64,000 nt of DNA from Balanoglossus misakiensis (taxonomy: Eukaryota > Animalia > Hemichordata), in the NCBI GenBank assembly GCA_040954595.2, contig CM082595.2, positions 581,690-645,689 of the forward strand, read 5' to 3'. Both the position numbers and the translations under genes were made by a program. Shown here piece after piece: positions 24,822 through 40,073 of this stretch. Every line of letters starts with the position of its first letter. The stretch's first letter is position 1. The notes beneath the pieces were generated by a model. The model saw nothing but the letters and a program-made list of their open reading frames with translations. It did no database searches and had not been told where the DNA came from.

Positions 24822-27800
24822 ATGTCTTTGGTGTCGCGATGCCCTGTTTTACCACATTTTCGGCGACCAGCTTTGCAGAGGACACTCCTATTTCAGTTAT
24901 ACAGAGAGTATACTGTGACGCAGTGTGTGAAATGCCTTTCACTTAGACAGATTTCGCCCCAAAGTCGGACAGGTACCGTGATAATATTTGTGCATTTCAT
25001 TTTAGTCACTCGCATTATATAGACGTTGTGCAACAGCTCCTAGAAATGTCTAAAGTATTATATTTTGGGGAGGGGAAGAGAGCCAAAGATCACCAGGCAT
25101 GTGCTATGTTACCTAAAACATGACTGGGTCTTCGTGAAATACACCATGCAGTGGAATCCAGGCCAATTTACACGTTTGACATGAGTGTACATTACAGTTG
25201 CCACTGGGTTCTGCGGCCTAGATTCATTGACATGTCGCTCATCACACAAAGTGTAATGGTGGCTGTATGTATTTCTGACAGCCATATTCTTGACATATCC
25301 AAGGGAAATCTAGTAAAACCATGGAGACAGGAAAAAATGCAGACTGTAGCCTTGTGTGATATGATTATGTTTCTTTGGATGAACGATATGTATATTTCTG
25401 GTTGGCAGGATTCAGACACAGTCATCATTTAGTGAAAAGTGAAATGCAAGTTTCAAAACATAGAAGACCTGACAGGCAAATCTATAAGGAAAAACACAAA
25501 TTACTTACAGGTAAGTTACTTGAGATTTCTCAGATACTGTATGCTAGTATAACCAGGGCTTAACGACTGTTATTTTTGTACCATTTCACAACTGTAACAT
25601 CCAAGATTGTCATAAAGTACAAGTTCTTTTGATGTATCCATATAATGCCTAACACTTCTTGGCTTTTGGTATTGCAGCATTGGAACACAGAAAAACACAA
25701 CTCCAAAGAGTAAGAGAAGGTAAGGTAGTACAAAGCCATCTTCTTGTCTGAGTCATAGGTGTATCTTGTATTGTTGTCAGAAAAACAAACTTTTAAGTTT
25801 GCGTGTACTTACTGAATGTTTGAACTAAATTTGAAATGCAATACTCATCTCTTAGTATTTATAAAAAGTTTGTCTGCAAATGCCTCACTGTATTTTGCTG
25901 TTTTATTTCAGAGCAAACAGCTGTGTATCAACCGGTCGTGAAGAAGAAGAGTGAATGGAACTTGGATGAGTCTAGTGTTAACAGTGAACCTGGTGTGAAC
26001 TTTAGTGAACAGGAATTGGTTTCAATTCATCATGAAATGGACAGTATTATACAGAGTTCCCAGAACATTGATTACCAAGCAGAAGAGTATTTAAGCAATG
26101 TGCCTAAACCCCAGGACGAGTCTCAATTTACAAGTGAAAATGATAGTACCCTTCAAGAGGAAAGTAAACAAGTTGTGAAAGGCAAGACAAAAAAGTCAGC
26201 AAAACAGAAGAAGTCTACAAAAGCAAAAACAGAAGAAGAAAAGTCTCTCACAAAGGAAGACTTACCAGACAAGGAAGTTCGGAAGAAGTCTGTAAAGAAG
26301 ACAGGAAAAGATGCCAAAGTTAGTGAGGCCATGGAAGGCTTGCAAGATGGAGATCTAAGCGCTGTGCAAGACAAACTCTCAACTCATTATCAGTACATGT
26401 TAGCATTGCTGGATGTATGTGCCAATAACAATATGGTAAGACAAGTTTTGGTATAATTGTTTACGCTCTGTTTTCTTCAATCATAAATGACTTTGCTTGG
26501 GGTCATACAACTCATCAGTCTGATGTTTTATGGTACATGTATGTCATTCACGTTGCTGTTGTCCTCACAGATTGAGTATGCCAACAGTTATATCAATGTC
26601 AACGGAAACGCTGATCACTTCAAATTGAAGCCTGACGTAGAGCTGTACAATCTTCAACTTCAAGGATGGGCAAAGAAGGTGAGATGCTTTATCAGGACTG
26701 ACAAATTGGAAAAGCTCATTGTCTCATCAAGACGGTGCCTGTGGGATTCACCGAGTTTCTTCACACAAATTACATTTTTTCCAAGATGACAATTTATTTT
26801 TCAAATGGTAACTTTTCTTATTTCAGGGAGAGATCACTCTTGTAAAATTGATTTTTGAGAAGATGAATGAAAATGGAGTAAAACCGAATTATCAGTCGTA
26901 CGCTGGAGCATTGGAGTGCCTTGGAAGGTAAGTAGAATTCATACACATGTGGAAATGTTCTGTAAACTTACACAAGTACGCGTCTTGAAGATGTATTTGT
27001 GATTGCAAGACACTCCAACCTTTTTCTCTAACAGAAGGAAGAAAATGGACAGGACAACTATCAAGAAACTTCTCACACAGATGAAGAAAGAAAAGCTGGA
27101 AGTCGAGAAAATATTCCACCATTGTGCTCTGTCAGCATCACAGAGAGAACACGTCCTCAAAGCTATCTTCGCAGTCCAAACAGACTTCAAGGCAGAAATG
27201 CCACTTGTCAGAAATGTATGTGACAACGAATTGGTGGATGATATATATTTGAGGGCACCACCTAATTCTGAGATGGTAAGAAATCCTGAATCTTTGTCTC
27301 TGGTAAGATTTTTGTGTGTATAGCTTTATATCTGATGATGGTCCGAGCATTGAACTGTATACCTGCAATGTGTTTGATTTCAGGGGAATGAGATTGGAGC
27401 CAGCACTTTTGTGGAACTCTTTGACAGTAAACAACTCCGACGAATGGTCAGGAAGCAGATTGATGTTGAATTAAATGGAGGGATTAAATTACAGTCCATC
27501 GAAGCTGTATCCAATCCTGACAAGGAAACACAAAGAAAGGTAAAGTATAGCGGTCACTTGAAATTATATCAGACCAGTAAAGTTTTGATTGTTTGCAAGA
27601 GCTGTGTGTCCTGTTTCATAGATGTTGCATCTTGGTGGCACTTTTCCGCCAACAAGCAAAAGTGTGGGCCAAAAAATATGCATGTGGATTTGATATGTTT
27701 TACAATTCTCTTTCCTTTCTCACAGAGAGAAATCCTTCAGAAACACAAAGATATTTGGAAGGCCTCACTAATGACAGCTTTCAAGAATCTTAAAAAACAA

Positions 27801-30800
27801 AGCAAAGGTACATTGTCAATGTTGTCGAACGAATTTATTGTAAAATTGCTAGTCGACCCTGTCTATAGCAGCCAGACAAGGAACTTTCCAAGGGACTATA
27901 ACAAAGTATTCACCATATTGAGGTTGTCACTACCACAGGTTTGACTGTACCTAATTCTCTTCCAGGTTTCAAAGCAAAATGGCAACTTTATCCATTTCTG
28001 AGTGTCTTGGAGCCCAGTGATTATGTCAACATCATGTTGGATTTCATTCCACAAGTCTCGGCCAGTACGGAAGGAGAGGCGCTTATGTCAGCCAGTAATG
28101 AACTTGGAAGACAGATTTTTAAGAAATACGCCTTACATTACAAAATTCGAAGTGGGGTTGCTGATAAGGTGAGAACATTAGTGCTTTGTAGGTTTTGTCA
28201 GTCCACATTTCAACCTATTCATATGGCCCATACTACAAAGAAAAGTTACATGGATATTTATTGCCACTGCATTTAGTGTCCAGTTTGTTAAAGCGTTTAA
28301 TCTCTTTTATCCCATGGTCAGATCAACAGTCTTTACATGGACTATGCTCAGTTCATCTTGGACGATGTCTTGATGACCAAATACCAGTTCCGTGAATATT
28401 GGCAAAAACTGAACTTAGATACTCTACGTGGCCCAACATTGGTAAGTCTTCATCTCAGAATACAGAAAATGTATTTATGGCCATACATCTATCAATTTGG
28501 TTGAGACAAGTGTTATTTTAATACTGGCTGTATTTTGGTTCGATGTTTTCACTGTCATCTACAATTACAAATCATTCACTCTGTTTTCTATACAACAGGA
28601 TCTTGAAGCTGTACCATGGAACAAGATCAGTGTGTCGGTGAGTGTCAATTTTTTCTGTTCATAAAATTAATCATTAATATGTTGTGTACCTCTTTCACTG
28701 ATTTTCTAAATACTGTTATGTTTTTTGTAGATTGGACTGAGCCTTGCAGAGTTACTGATGAAGGAAATCAAGATTGATGTCAATATGTTAGCAGGCAAGA
28801 AAGAATCGTAAGTGTTGGGAATGTCTAAATGTTTGAATGACCATTTGATTGTACACCTTTTTTTCATGTGTGCCACCCACTGAAATTCTGTGGTTGGTTA
28901 TATTTGGAATTTCCACGGTAACAGTGGTTAAATTTGCATAAGTGATCATATGTTTGACATTCACTCTTTTTCACAGGAAACTTATTCCAGGGTTTTATCA
29001 TATGTATGCCTATCGGAATGTGAAACAAGTTGGCTTCCTCAAAGTGAGTAGTATTATTCAAATGGAACCAATTATTTAACATACTTTAACTAAATTTTGT
29101 CTGTAGCACCTCACAAAGCACATGGTAGCCACAGTGCCATTGGTGCTATATATGACTTCATCCCTAATTGTTTATTTGCAGCCACATCCGATACTTGTTG
29201 ACTTAATAAAGGATGCCAAGGAACCAGAACTGTGGTTCGACAGTGAAGTTCTACCGATGTTGTCACCACCGTTGCCATGGAGCTCAAATAAACATGGTGG
29301 ATATTTACTGGCTTCAAGTATGTCTTTATACAATTTTATATTTCTAGAAAATTATTTATAGTTGAAGTTTTGGCTTTAAGTGTGCATATCAGTGTGTGAT
29401 ATCTTAGGAAATGGATGTATGGCTTAGACCAGTGACATGTAACATTTTTTAATTTACAGCCAAAATTATGAGAAGTCGAGACGACATGATCATCCATGAT
29501 ATAGTGTTGGAACAAACTGAACAGAGTAATTTATTTCCAGTCTTTGATTCCTTGAATCAACTTGGAGCGGTTCCATGGAAAATCAACCAACGGGTAAGGC
29601 ATCATTAAAGTTTCTTACAAAAGAATGTTTTGGTATTCAAATTATGATTCAAACAGGAATTCCATTATCATTCATAAAGGTGGCACAGTTTATATCCGTT
29701 CCAAAATTTTGACTGTGATGTTTTTCTACTGTATTGTTTTGCAGATGTTAGATCTGATCAGTGATGTCTTCTTGGATAGAGGCAGCGTCCATCTGGATAT
29801 CCCGCAACCAATCACAGAATGTCCAGAGCTTCCCAAGATAACTGAAAAGTAAGAACTAATAAATTTGACCAACGTTTTTGTCGGTTCCCATGTAAATGTT
29901 TCCCGGTCTCCTGACTCATATTCAGTTTACACAATGTGATCATTCTCGGACGGAAAACATTTTTGGCATCATCTCAATTTTTTATGTTTTCTTTTGACAG
30001 TGTGGATCCTACAGAGATGACCGCATTACGCAAAGAGAGAATGGCTCTCAGAAGACAGAAAGCAGAGATGCACAGTTTGAGGATGGACTTCTTATATAAA
30101 CTCTCCATTGCCAACAAAGTAAGACATTTATATGCTGTAGTCCATGATCTTGGTATGACTATAGTGTGTCCAAAGGGGACTGGAGAGCGCCATCTAGTGG
30201 GAAATCATTCACCAAAGTCTCACTCAAACCACATTATGAAGGAATCATTTGTGTTATTCTTGGAAGATCCAAAGGCTTCACACATTTGTATTAATTATGT
30301 TTTTATTTCAGTATCGTCATGATATCTTTTGGTTTCCACACAATATGGATTTCCGCGGTCGAGTCTATCCATGCCCACCACACTTCAACCATCTCGGCAG
30401 TGATCCCATGAGGAGTATATTATTATTTGCCAAGGGACGGCCGTTAGGTGAACAGGGTTTGAATTGGTTGAAAATTCACCTTGTCAATCTTACAGGTCTC
30501 AAGAAAAGGTAAGTGTTATAAAAGTCAATGAGATTTTCTTGGATCCCATAGAATTGCCTCAGTGACTTGCAGTTAAATGCCCATGTGATGTTTGGTCTTA
30601 TATCTTTCATAGGAATATGTTTCAGAGAAAACTAATGTTTTATGTGATCAATGTCCTCTTGCAGGAATTCTTTGCAAGAGAGGATTGAATTTGCTGACTC
30701 TATCATGGATGATATATTAGATTCGGCGGACAATCCAACAACGGTATGTTTTACTTGAAAATCTGTGTACTATCATGTCACATTGTGCAATAACCTGTGT

Positions 30801-33355
30801 TGGTGTTTGGTTTGGTTTTGTCACATGTATAATCTGCTTGTGATCTTTGTATAAACTCACTTTTGGCAAGAATGGAACCCTGTACACTTGAGACTTGAGA
30901 TTCATGGTATTTTTATGACATTCCCAGGGAAGAAAATGGTGGCAGGGAACAGATGAGCCATGGCAAGCATTGGCATGTTGTATGGAAATTGCTAATGCTA
31001 CGCGATCACCAGACCCGACAAAATATATCTGTCATTTCCCAGTTCATCAGGTTAGTAGAGAAAAAATGTGAGGTCACACACTGATGCGTAGCTGTTTTGG
31101 ACAGTATCATTCAGTGAATCAAATTCTCACAACAACCTGTTTGATGTTCGGTTTTTATTTTGTTGATATACGATTCATGTATAATTGAAAGGATAAGATC
31201 TACAGAAATACAGATGTCTACTTATTTACTGACTGAACTTTGATTGTTACAGGATGGTTCTTGCAACGGATTACAGCACTATGCAGCGCTCGGTCGTGAT
31301 GTCATTGGTGCACAGCAAGTGAATTTACATCCGTTTGACGCTCCACAAGATGTCTACGCAGGAGTCGCTCAGAAGGTGAGCATTTCTTTGTGGCCATTGG
31401 GTGAAGTCTGGAGCGTGGGGACACCTTATCTTCCATATATGTCTGTCTGTCTGTCTGTCTGAGACCATTAGCCAGAACAAAAATATTCCGTCTGTCCATC
31501 TGATCACAGTAATAAATACTTTTGTTGCAGGTAGAAGAGGCCAGAAAGATGGATGCAGAAAATGGAATAAAAATTGCTCAAGTTTTGGATGGTTTTGTGG
31601 AGAGAAAGGTATGCTTGTATCATTGCTGTCTAGTGATTATTTATCATGCATTGGATTCCTGCTTTACATCAGCAGAATACCTTAGCCTTAGGTGTCTAAC
31701 TCACTATTTTTGTACACTTCAGCATAGCAATGCAATGGTTGTTGTAATTCATGTGTGACTTTGTTACCTTTTGAAGGTTGTGAAACAAACTGTGATGACA
31801 GTTGTATATGGAGTGACAAGATTTGGCGGACATCGGCAGATTTTGAAACAACTGAAAGATTTGCCGAATTTTCCAGAGGAGTACCAATGGGAAGCTGCCG
31901 GATATCTTGTGACCAAAGTGTTTCAGAGTCTGCGGGAAATGTTTACCAAAACCAGAGAAATACAGGTAAAGTATATTTTGGAAAAGTAGAACCACATTGC
32001 TGGATAACATAAAGAAGCTTGCAAATGAAATTAAAATGACCAAAATAATGTCAGAAGTGATCTACTTTGTTTCAGTGTACTTATATTATTTCTTTCATTT
32101 CTCTGCGAAACACTTTTCAGGATTGGTTCACCGAGAGCTGCAAGGCAATCTGTAAAGCCGGAAGACCCATGGAATGGATGACCCCACTCGGTCTTCCTAT
32201 CATACAGTCGTATCAGAAAAGGAAAGGTGGAGGTGTTCGTTTGAAGGACAGACAAGCAAGACCACAGTCTGTGGAAACATTCGAGTAGGGCTCTCCTTAT
32301 AGTTATTTTGTAATCTGAAGTCATATTTTATAAACAAGCAAATCAAATTCATGAATGCTTTCTTGCTGATCTGATCTTTGTTTTCTCAAAACGTCTGTTG
32401 CATATATCTGTATATACCTCTCCTATATCCCTTTAAATATGATGAATTTTTCTGTACCTTTTTTATTTCAGTAAACCGGACACTAAGAAGCAAACCAATG
32501 CATTTGCTCCAAACTTTATCCATTCCATAGACTCCACTCATATGATGCTCACATCTCTGTTTTGTCAGAAGTAAGTGCTTCAACTCTTTGTGAGTTTCTG
32601 CCATGGATAGTCTATCAACACTCTCATGTATACACAGATCTTATAACAGAATTTTCCAACCAACATATGTACAAATGTATGAATTTGTGATTGGTTTCAG
32701 AGCTGGTATCACATTTGTCTCGGTTCACGACTGTTACTGGACACATCCTTCGACTGTAGACATCATGAACAGGGTAAGAGTTTGTTTGTTGAGTGTCTGT
32801 TTACTATTCACAAGAGGAAACAAACAAATACAAACAAAGATTCATAGTAAGACAAAAGGGAAAATAGCCTCTCTTATGAAGATGTAATGTTCAAGGTAGT
32901 GGTACTTTCACTCAGATTGTAGTTTCATGTATCTTTGTTTGCACATTTTCACACAGATATGTCGGCAGCAGTTTGTAGCACTTCATAAAACGCCAATTTT
33001 GGAACAGTTATCGGAATTCATGGTGGAGAAATATTCAGACCTTGATGGGTAAGTCTGTAGGAGATCTGTTTTGAACTTCGCCCATTCAGATACTTTGAAA
33101 GTTCACCAGATGAAGAGTGAAAAATGAATGTGAATTTTGTACTTGAAATTGAGTTTTATTGCCCTCATCAAAATATTATTTTTTGTCTTATTAGTCTTTC
33201 CAAACTTCTTACCAATCACTTGATTGTCATTTTATTTCAGCTTGTACAGAGAAACGAGTGAAGCTGGCTCTCTGATCAAGCTTCTGAAACGAGTTCCAGA
33301 CAGGGGTGACTTTGATTTGAATAATGTTCTCCAGTCGACGTACTTCTTCAGTTGA
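24822..33355 (+). CDS. POLRMT: Mitochondrial DNA-directed RNA polymerase (T7-like), about 29 exons
   Basis: Arg/Ser/Leu-rich presequence-like exon 24822-24972. PPR motif ([26 protein letters not shown]). Conserved blocks [33 protein letters not shown], motif [18 protein letters not shown], motif [30 protein letters not shown] and motif [12 protein letters not shown]-terminus [16 protein letters not shown] (TGA 33353-33355). The start exon is less certain than the rest. Confidence 0.96.
30185..30202 (-). promoter_or_regulatory. CTCF consensus site in a POLRMT intron
   Basis: The minus strand reads CCCACTAGATGGCGCTC, a near-perfect CCACYAGRKGGCGC match. Confidence 0.55.
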
Positions 33356-34215
33356 TCTGATGGAAGGATCTACCCCATACGGAGAAAGGTCAGGAGACTG
33401 TGATTGCTGGGAATGACAGTGATGTTGTGATCCATGTAAAATTGGAATGATCTTCAAAGGTCTTGCATAGGCTTTTGAACTACCAAACACTGAATACATG
33501 GGGTGTGTCACCATTTGTAGAATATGCAATTTTCTGAACCCAGTGAGATTTACTGAACTGACGATGAATGTATGCACTCGGGACTGAGTTGTACATCAAG
33601 AGAAGAGGAGGACACTACCCTCTGATTAATGATAGACAGCTGAAACACCACCAGTATCTTTCTGGTATCCATCGCAATAAGTGTGTACTGAACTTTTATT
33701 GCCGTACACAAATTACTTCTGCTGCCACAACCATTTTGGATGATTATTGTACTTTGTGTTTTGTTTTGTGGTGAACTTTTGACAATGGGCATTGTATTTA
33801 GTTTGGGTAAGAAATAACGCAACTCAGCAAAGTTTTCACGTTTGCATGAAAACTTTGATGTTTCATGAAAGATTTAGTCTGGTGACTGAATTTCATTTAA
33901 GACTCGGGACAGTGACATTTACATTTAATAGTTTAAACTTTTTATTTGTAAAAATCGGGTGATGTTTGGGAAGGGGAAAACTTCATGTGAATCTTTTAAG
34001 TGTGTGCTTCCGTTCCAAATAGGGACATATAAAATTTATGTCTACAAAATTTTTAGGAACTTTTTTCAAGACAATGCAAATAAAGTTATTATTTTATTTG
34101 TATATTTATTTGTTCATTCAAATTACATTTGCATTCTAGTTGGCAGTAGAAAAATATCTGATGAAGAAAAAAGGTAGTTCTGGTTGAACTGTTTGACATC
34201 GCTGGAAGTAAATAA

Positions 34216-36313
<2,098 letters not shown>

Positions 36314-36414
36314 TTCGCTAAGTTAAACAAATGGATTATACAGGATATAAATTTCGAGTTATCAACACTCTTTCTAGTTCATGGGCGCAGCCATTTTTAA
36401 ATAACATCACGAAA

Positions 36415-37145
36415 TGGATCGGCCGCCATTGATCCCAGAGTCCTTTGCGGAAAGACTGTTCTATTCAATCTGGGGGTGTCCGGCTATGTTCCTAGCGCCA
36501 CCAACACGTTTACATTTTCCTCACTTTTGTTTATTTATTTAAAATGTACGGCTATCGACTTTATATTGTAATCCACCCTTTCTAACGGAATGGCGAGTGT
36601 AAAATAAAACTTTAAAGTTGTAAAAACTCTCGGACAACCCGAAAAACACGGTCCATGGCCCGCTCACTGGACCGGCCGCCATTGATCCCAGAGTCCTTTG
36701 CAGAAGAGATTGTTCTATTCAATCTGGGGGTGTCCGGCTATGTTTCTAGCGCCCTCAACACGTTTACATTTTCCTCACTTTTGTTTATTTTTTACAAATG
36801 TACGACTATCGACTTTATATTTTAACCCACAACTTCTAATAAAATGGCGAGTGTGAAATAAAACTTTTAAGTTGTAAAAACTCTCGGATAACCCGAAAAA
36901 CACAGTCCATGGATCGGGCCATGGACCGGCCGCCATTGATCCCAGAGTCCTTTGCGGAAGAGATTGTTCTATTCAATCTGGGGGTGTCCGGCTATGTTAC
37001 TAGCGCTACCAACACGTTTACATTTACAAAAATGTACGACTATCGACTTTATATTGTAATCCCCCTAAATAAAACTTTTAAGTTGTAAAAACTCTCGGAC
37101 AACCGAAAAACACGGTTACGGCCCATGGATCCCTAGATAGCCGCC
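36415..37145 (+). repeat. Tandem array of a ~254-bp unit (about 3 copies, the third internally deleted)
   Basis: GGCCGCCATTGATCCCAGAGTCCTTTGC recurs at 36421, 36674 and 36928 (periods 253 and 254). Confidence 0.95.
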
Positions 37146-37223
37146 ATACTTCTGGGACTGTGGGGTCATCTCTGTAGTTACAGAATAACCAATCAGCGTA
37201 AACTATTGTAGTCACCTGACAAA

Positions 37224-37740
37224 GAACATAGCCGGACACCCCCAGATTGAATAGAACAATCTCTTCCGCAAAGGACTCTGGGTTCAATGGCGGCCATTCC
37301 GTGGCCCGACCCATGGACCGTGTTTTTCGGGTTGTCCGAGAGTTTTTACAACTTTAAAGTTTCATTTTACACTCGCTATTTCGTTAGATTGGGTGGGTTA
37401 CAATATAAAGTCGATAGTCGTACATTTTTGACAAATAAACAAAAGTGAGGAAAATGTAAACGTGTTGGGGGCGCTAGTAACATAGCCGGACACCGCCATT
37501 TTGAATAGAACAATCTCTTCCGCAAAGGACTCTGGGTTCAATGGCGGCCATTCCGTGGCCCGATCCATGGACCGTGTTTTTCGGGTTGTCCGAGAGTTTT
37601 TACAACTTTAAAGTTTCATTTTACACTCGCTATTTCGTTAGAAGGGGTGGGTTACAATATAAAGTCGATAGTCGTACATTTTTAACAAATAAACAAAAGT
37701 GAGGAAAATGTAAACGTGTTGGTGGCGCTGTAACATGGCC
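37224..37740 (-). repeat. Inverted tandem array of the same ~254-bp unit (2 copies)
   Basis: AACATAGCCGGACACC at 37225 and 37479. GCAAAGGACTCTGGGTTCAATGGCGGCC is the near-exact reverse complement of the left-array core. Confidence 0.95.
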
Positions 37741-37784
37741 GCAGTGTTCAGCGAACGATGATGTCATCAGTAATTATGTTAATA

Positions 37785-37989
37785 AGAAGATGGCGACTCC
37801 GCTGCGGAAGTGGGCTCCAGTGTAGCTCCAAAATACCATTGACTTCTGGTATTTACAAAGAAAATTGGGAGTAACAATCATCACAACGCGGAGGGTAGTT
37901 TTCAAGCTAAACGTATATAAGAACGGGGGAAATTTCTGGTCGGGAAGCCGCCATAAAGGGGGATTTTACAAGAGGACCGCCGAAAATAG
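37785..37989 (+). other. Putative non-coding first exon of the KIF1 gene
   Basis: YY1-type AAGATGGCG at ~37787, CpG-rich stretch, donor AG|GTAGGT at 37989/37990. The ATG-bearing exon has its own acceptor at 40934/40935, so an upstream 5'UTR exon is required. Confidence 0.5.
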
Positions 37990-39980
37990 GTAGGTATTTC
38001 TCGATGTTAAGATTGACGTGTATGTACATTAAAATTTAATCGTCCAAAATATGCCTCAAGAATGAAGCGATCATCGTTTCGTTATCGTAGATATTATTGC
38101 AAGATATTTACTTAATGCCGGCGGAAATTAAATATTTTTTTCCTGGAAAAATAGTCTGGTAAAAAATCTGGACATTGGAAATTGTGTTGGCGTCGCGATG
38201 ATGAACAAGATGTGGGCTGTTGAATAATTCACCTGATTGAGTATTCGCCGAATAAGGTTGGCGATTCTTAATTCATTGCATTTTCATTTACATTGACGCT
38301 AGCGGTATCCTCTGGCCGCCGACACAAACGTTATTTTGCTTGGTTGATTGAAGCAGACTTTTTTCGCTGCTGGTTGCTGTTGGAAACGGAATGGATGGGC
38401 GGATTGCGTAATTTTTAGTCTCTTGAAATGTACATGGGTAACATCATGGATTTTTAAGACACAGAAGACATATGTTATCAGTGAAAGTACCCAAGGCATT
38501 TCACATTATATTTTCAACAAAACCATCGGAACCTCTCTGGATATATTTTGACACTCATCAATTGAATGCGGGTGCCAGTGGCGTCATCACAGCAATAGAC
38601 ACCCTGACAGCTTGTGTGTGTTTGGTGTGAATTGTGTAAAACAAGTGATGGTAGCAGGTTTTTATGGGCGTTGACGGGTGTTGGAAAATCAAGAGCTGCG
38701 ACCTTTAACTGCAGTCCGCCTTCGGATCATACGATTTGTTTGAGAAAGGCCTATATACGTCAAGAGACGCGTCTATACAGTTAAGTTCCAACCAAAAACT
38801 GCTTTATACTTCACTGGTTCTATCGAAACAGACACAATGCGGTGACAGCTACATCAAACTGCCGGTGCAGTGTCAGGTATGTTGAGAGTTGCAGAAAATT
38901 TAGATTCCAAGTCTGAGGATTTCTACATTACGAGAGCAGAGGTACAATATCGCTTTGTTTATCAGACCGTGATGTAAATATTTTGGCCAGACATTTCCAG
39001 ACTGTCATATGCCTCAGCATGTGATAGTTTATAGGTTATAATTAGATAACACATAAATAGACATATCACATGATTGATAATTGAAACTAAATAGCCGTCA
39101 ACCATACCCAAATGTCCGAACACTCATAAAAGGGTATTTACAGCAGTGTGAAGTCTGATAAATCTCTGAATCTGAGCAAAATCATTTCAGCAGTCCACAA
39201 GCAAAGTCTTTAAATAGCCTGGATCAATTTCAGAAGAAATATATATGGAATGTTTGTACCAGTACTTCTATTTGCTGCGACCGTAAGTGTTTACATTATG
39301 CAATATGCTGTCTGGTTTGGTGATGCTCTGTTGATAAAAACTGGTAGTCAGGAAGTGCTACTGGGCATAATTCTCACCCTCCTTAAAACCCTTTCTCATG
39401 CTACTGAAAATGTTTCTTGCATTCTGACAAAGATATTTCACACGTCACATCCTGTACTAGAGCAAAATTGTTTTGCTCAGACTTTCTGTTTCCCGATGCC
39501 CTTTTGAATTAATCATAGACAACCTCTATCTACTGTCTATTGTTGATTTCGTGGTCCAAATAAAATACATGTATCTATAATATGAATGTGATAATGTTTC
39601 ATCTCTGGGTTATTTTAGAGTGATTTAAAATGTCAAATTTACATTCAAATAACAGTTGAAAAGAAATATATTCATCCTACATTTCTTAGGACGAGGCAAT
39701 ATTGATGTTTTGAGTAACATGATACCAACAAAATATATTTAGATCATTCACTAAAGCCCTTTGAGTAGTGTTTTGAAAATGTTTTATGATGTGACGTGCA
39801 TACACGTATTAGTTTCTAAATTATGCGTATATTTCTAGAATATGCGTAAGTTGCACACGACAGGAAACATAAAACCTTTCAAGTTTTATATTGATTTTTG
39901 GGGCTGTATAATGTTTCATCTTGCCACAGTCTTTAGATGAATAATAAGCTCTTTCATTACCACTAGCAAATCCTGCTACT

Positions 39981-40073
39981 TTAACCCCCTTCACCAGCAT
40001 GGTTTGGTCCAATCAATTGTTTTTTATGGCAATGTTGGACCTCTTTAGGAGGAAACGGGGGAGAAAGGGTGAA
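39981..40073 (+). mobile_element. piggyBac-type MITE copy
   Basis: TTAA-CCCCCTTCACC...GAGAAAGGG-TGAA. Confidence 0.7.

Noticed and set aside
36415-37740. CRISPR-like array or coding ORF (37078-37314) interpretation of the repeats
   Set aside because: The units are ~254 bp and contiguous, with no unique spacers and no cas genes, in a eukaryotic context. The ORF is a by-product of the repeat.
37790-37825. Short uORF MATPLRKWAPV* in the putative KIF1 5' exon
   Set aside because: The ATG is part of the YY1 motif and may lie at or upstream of the TSS; no support for translation.
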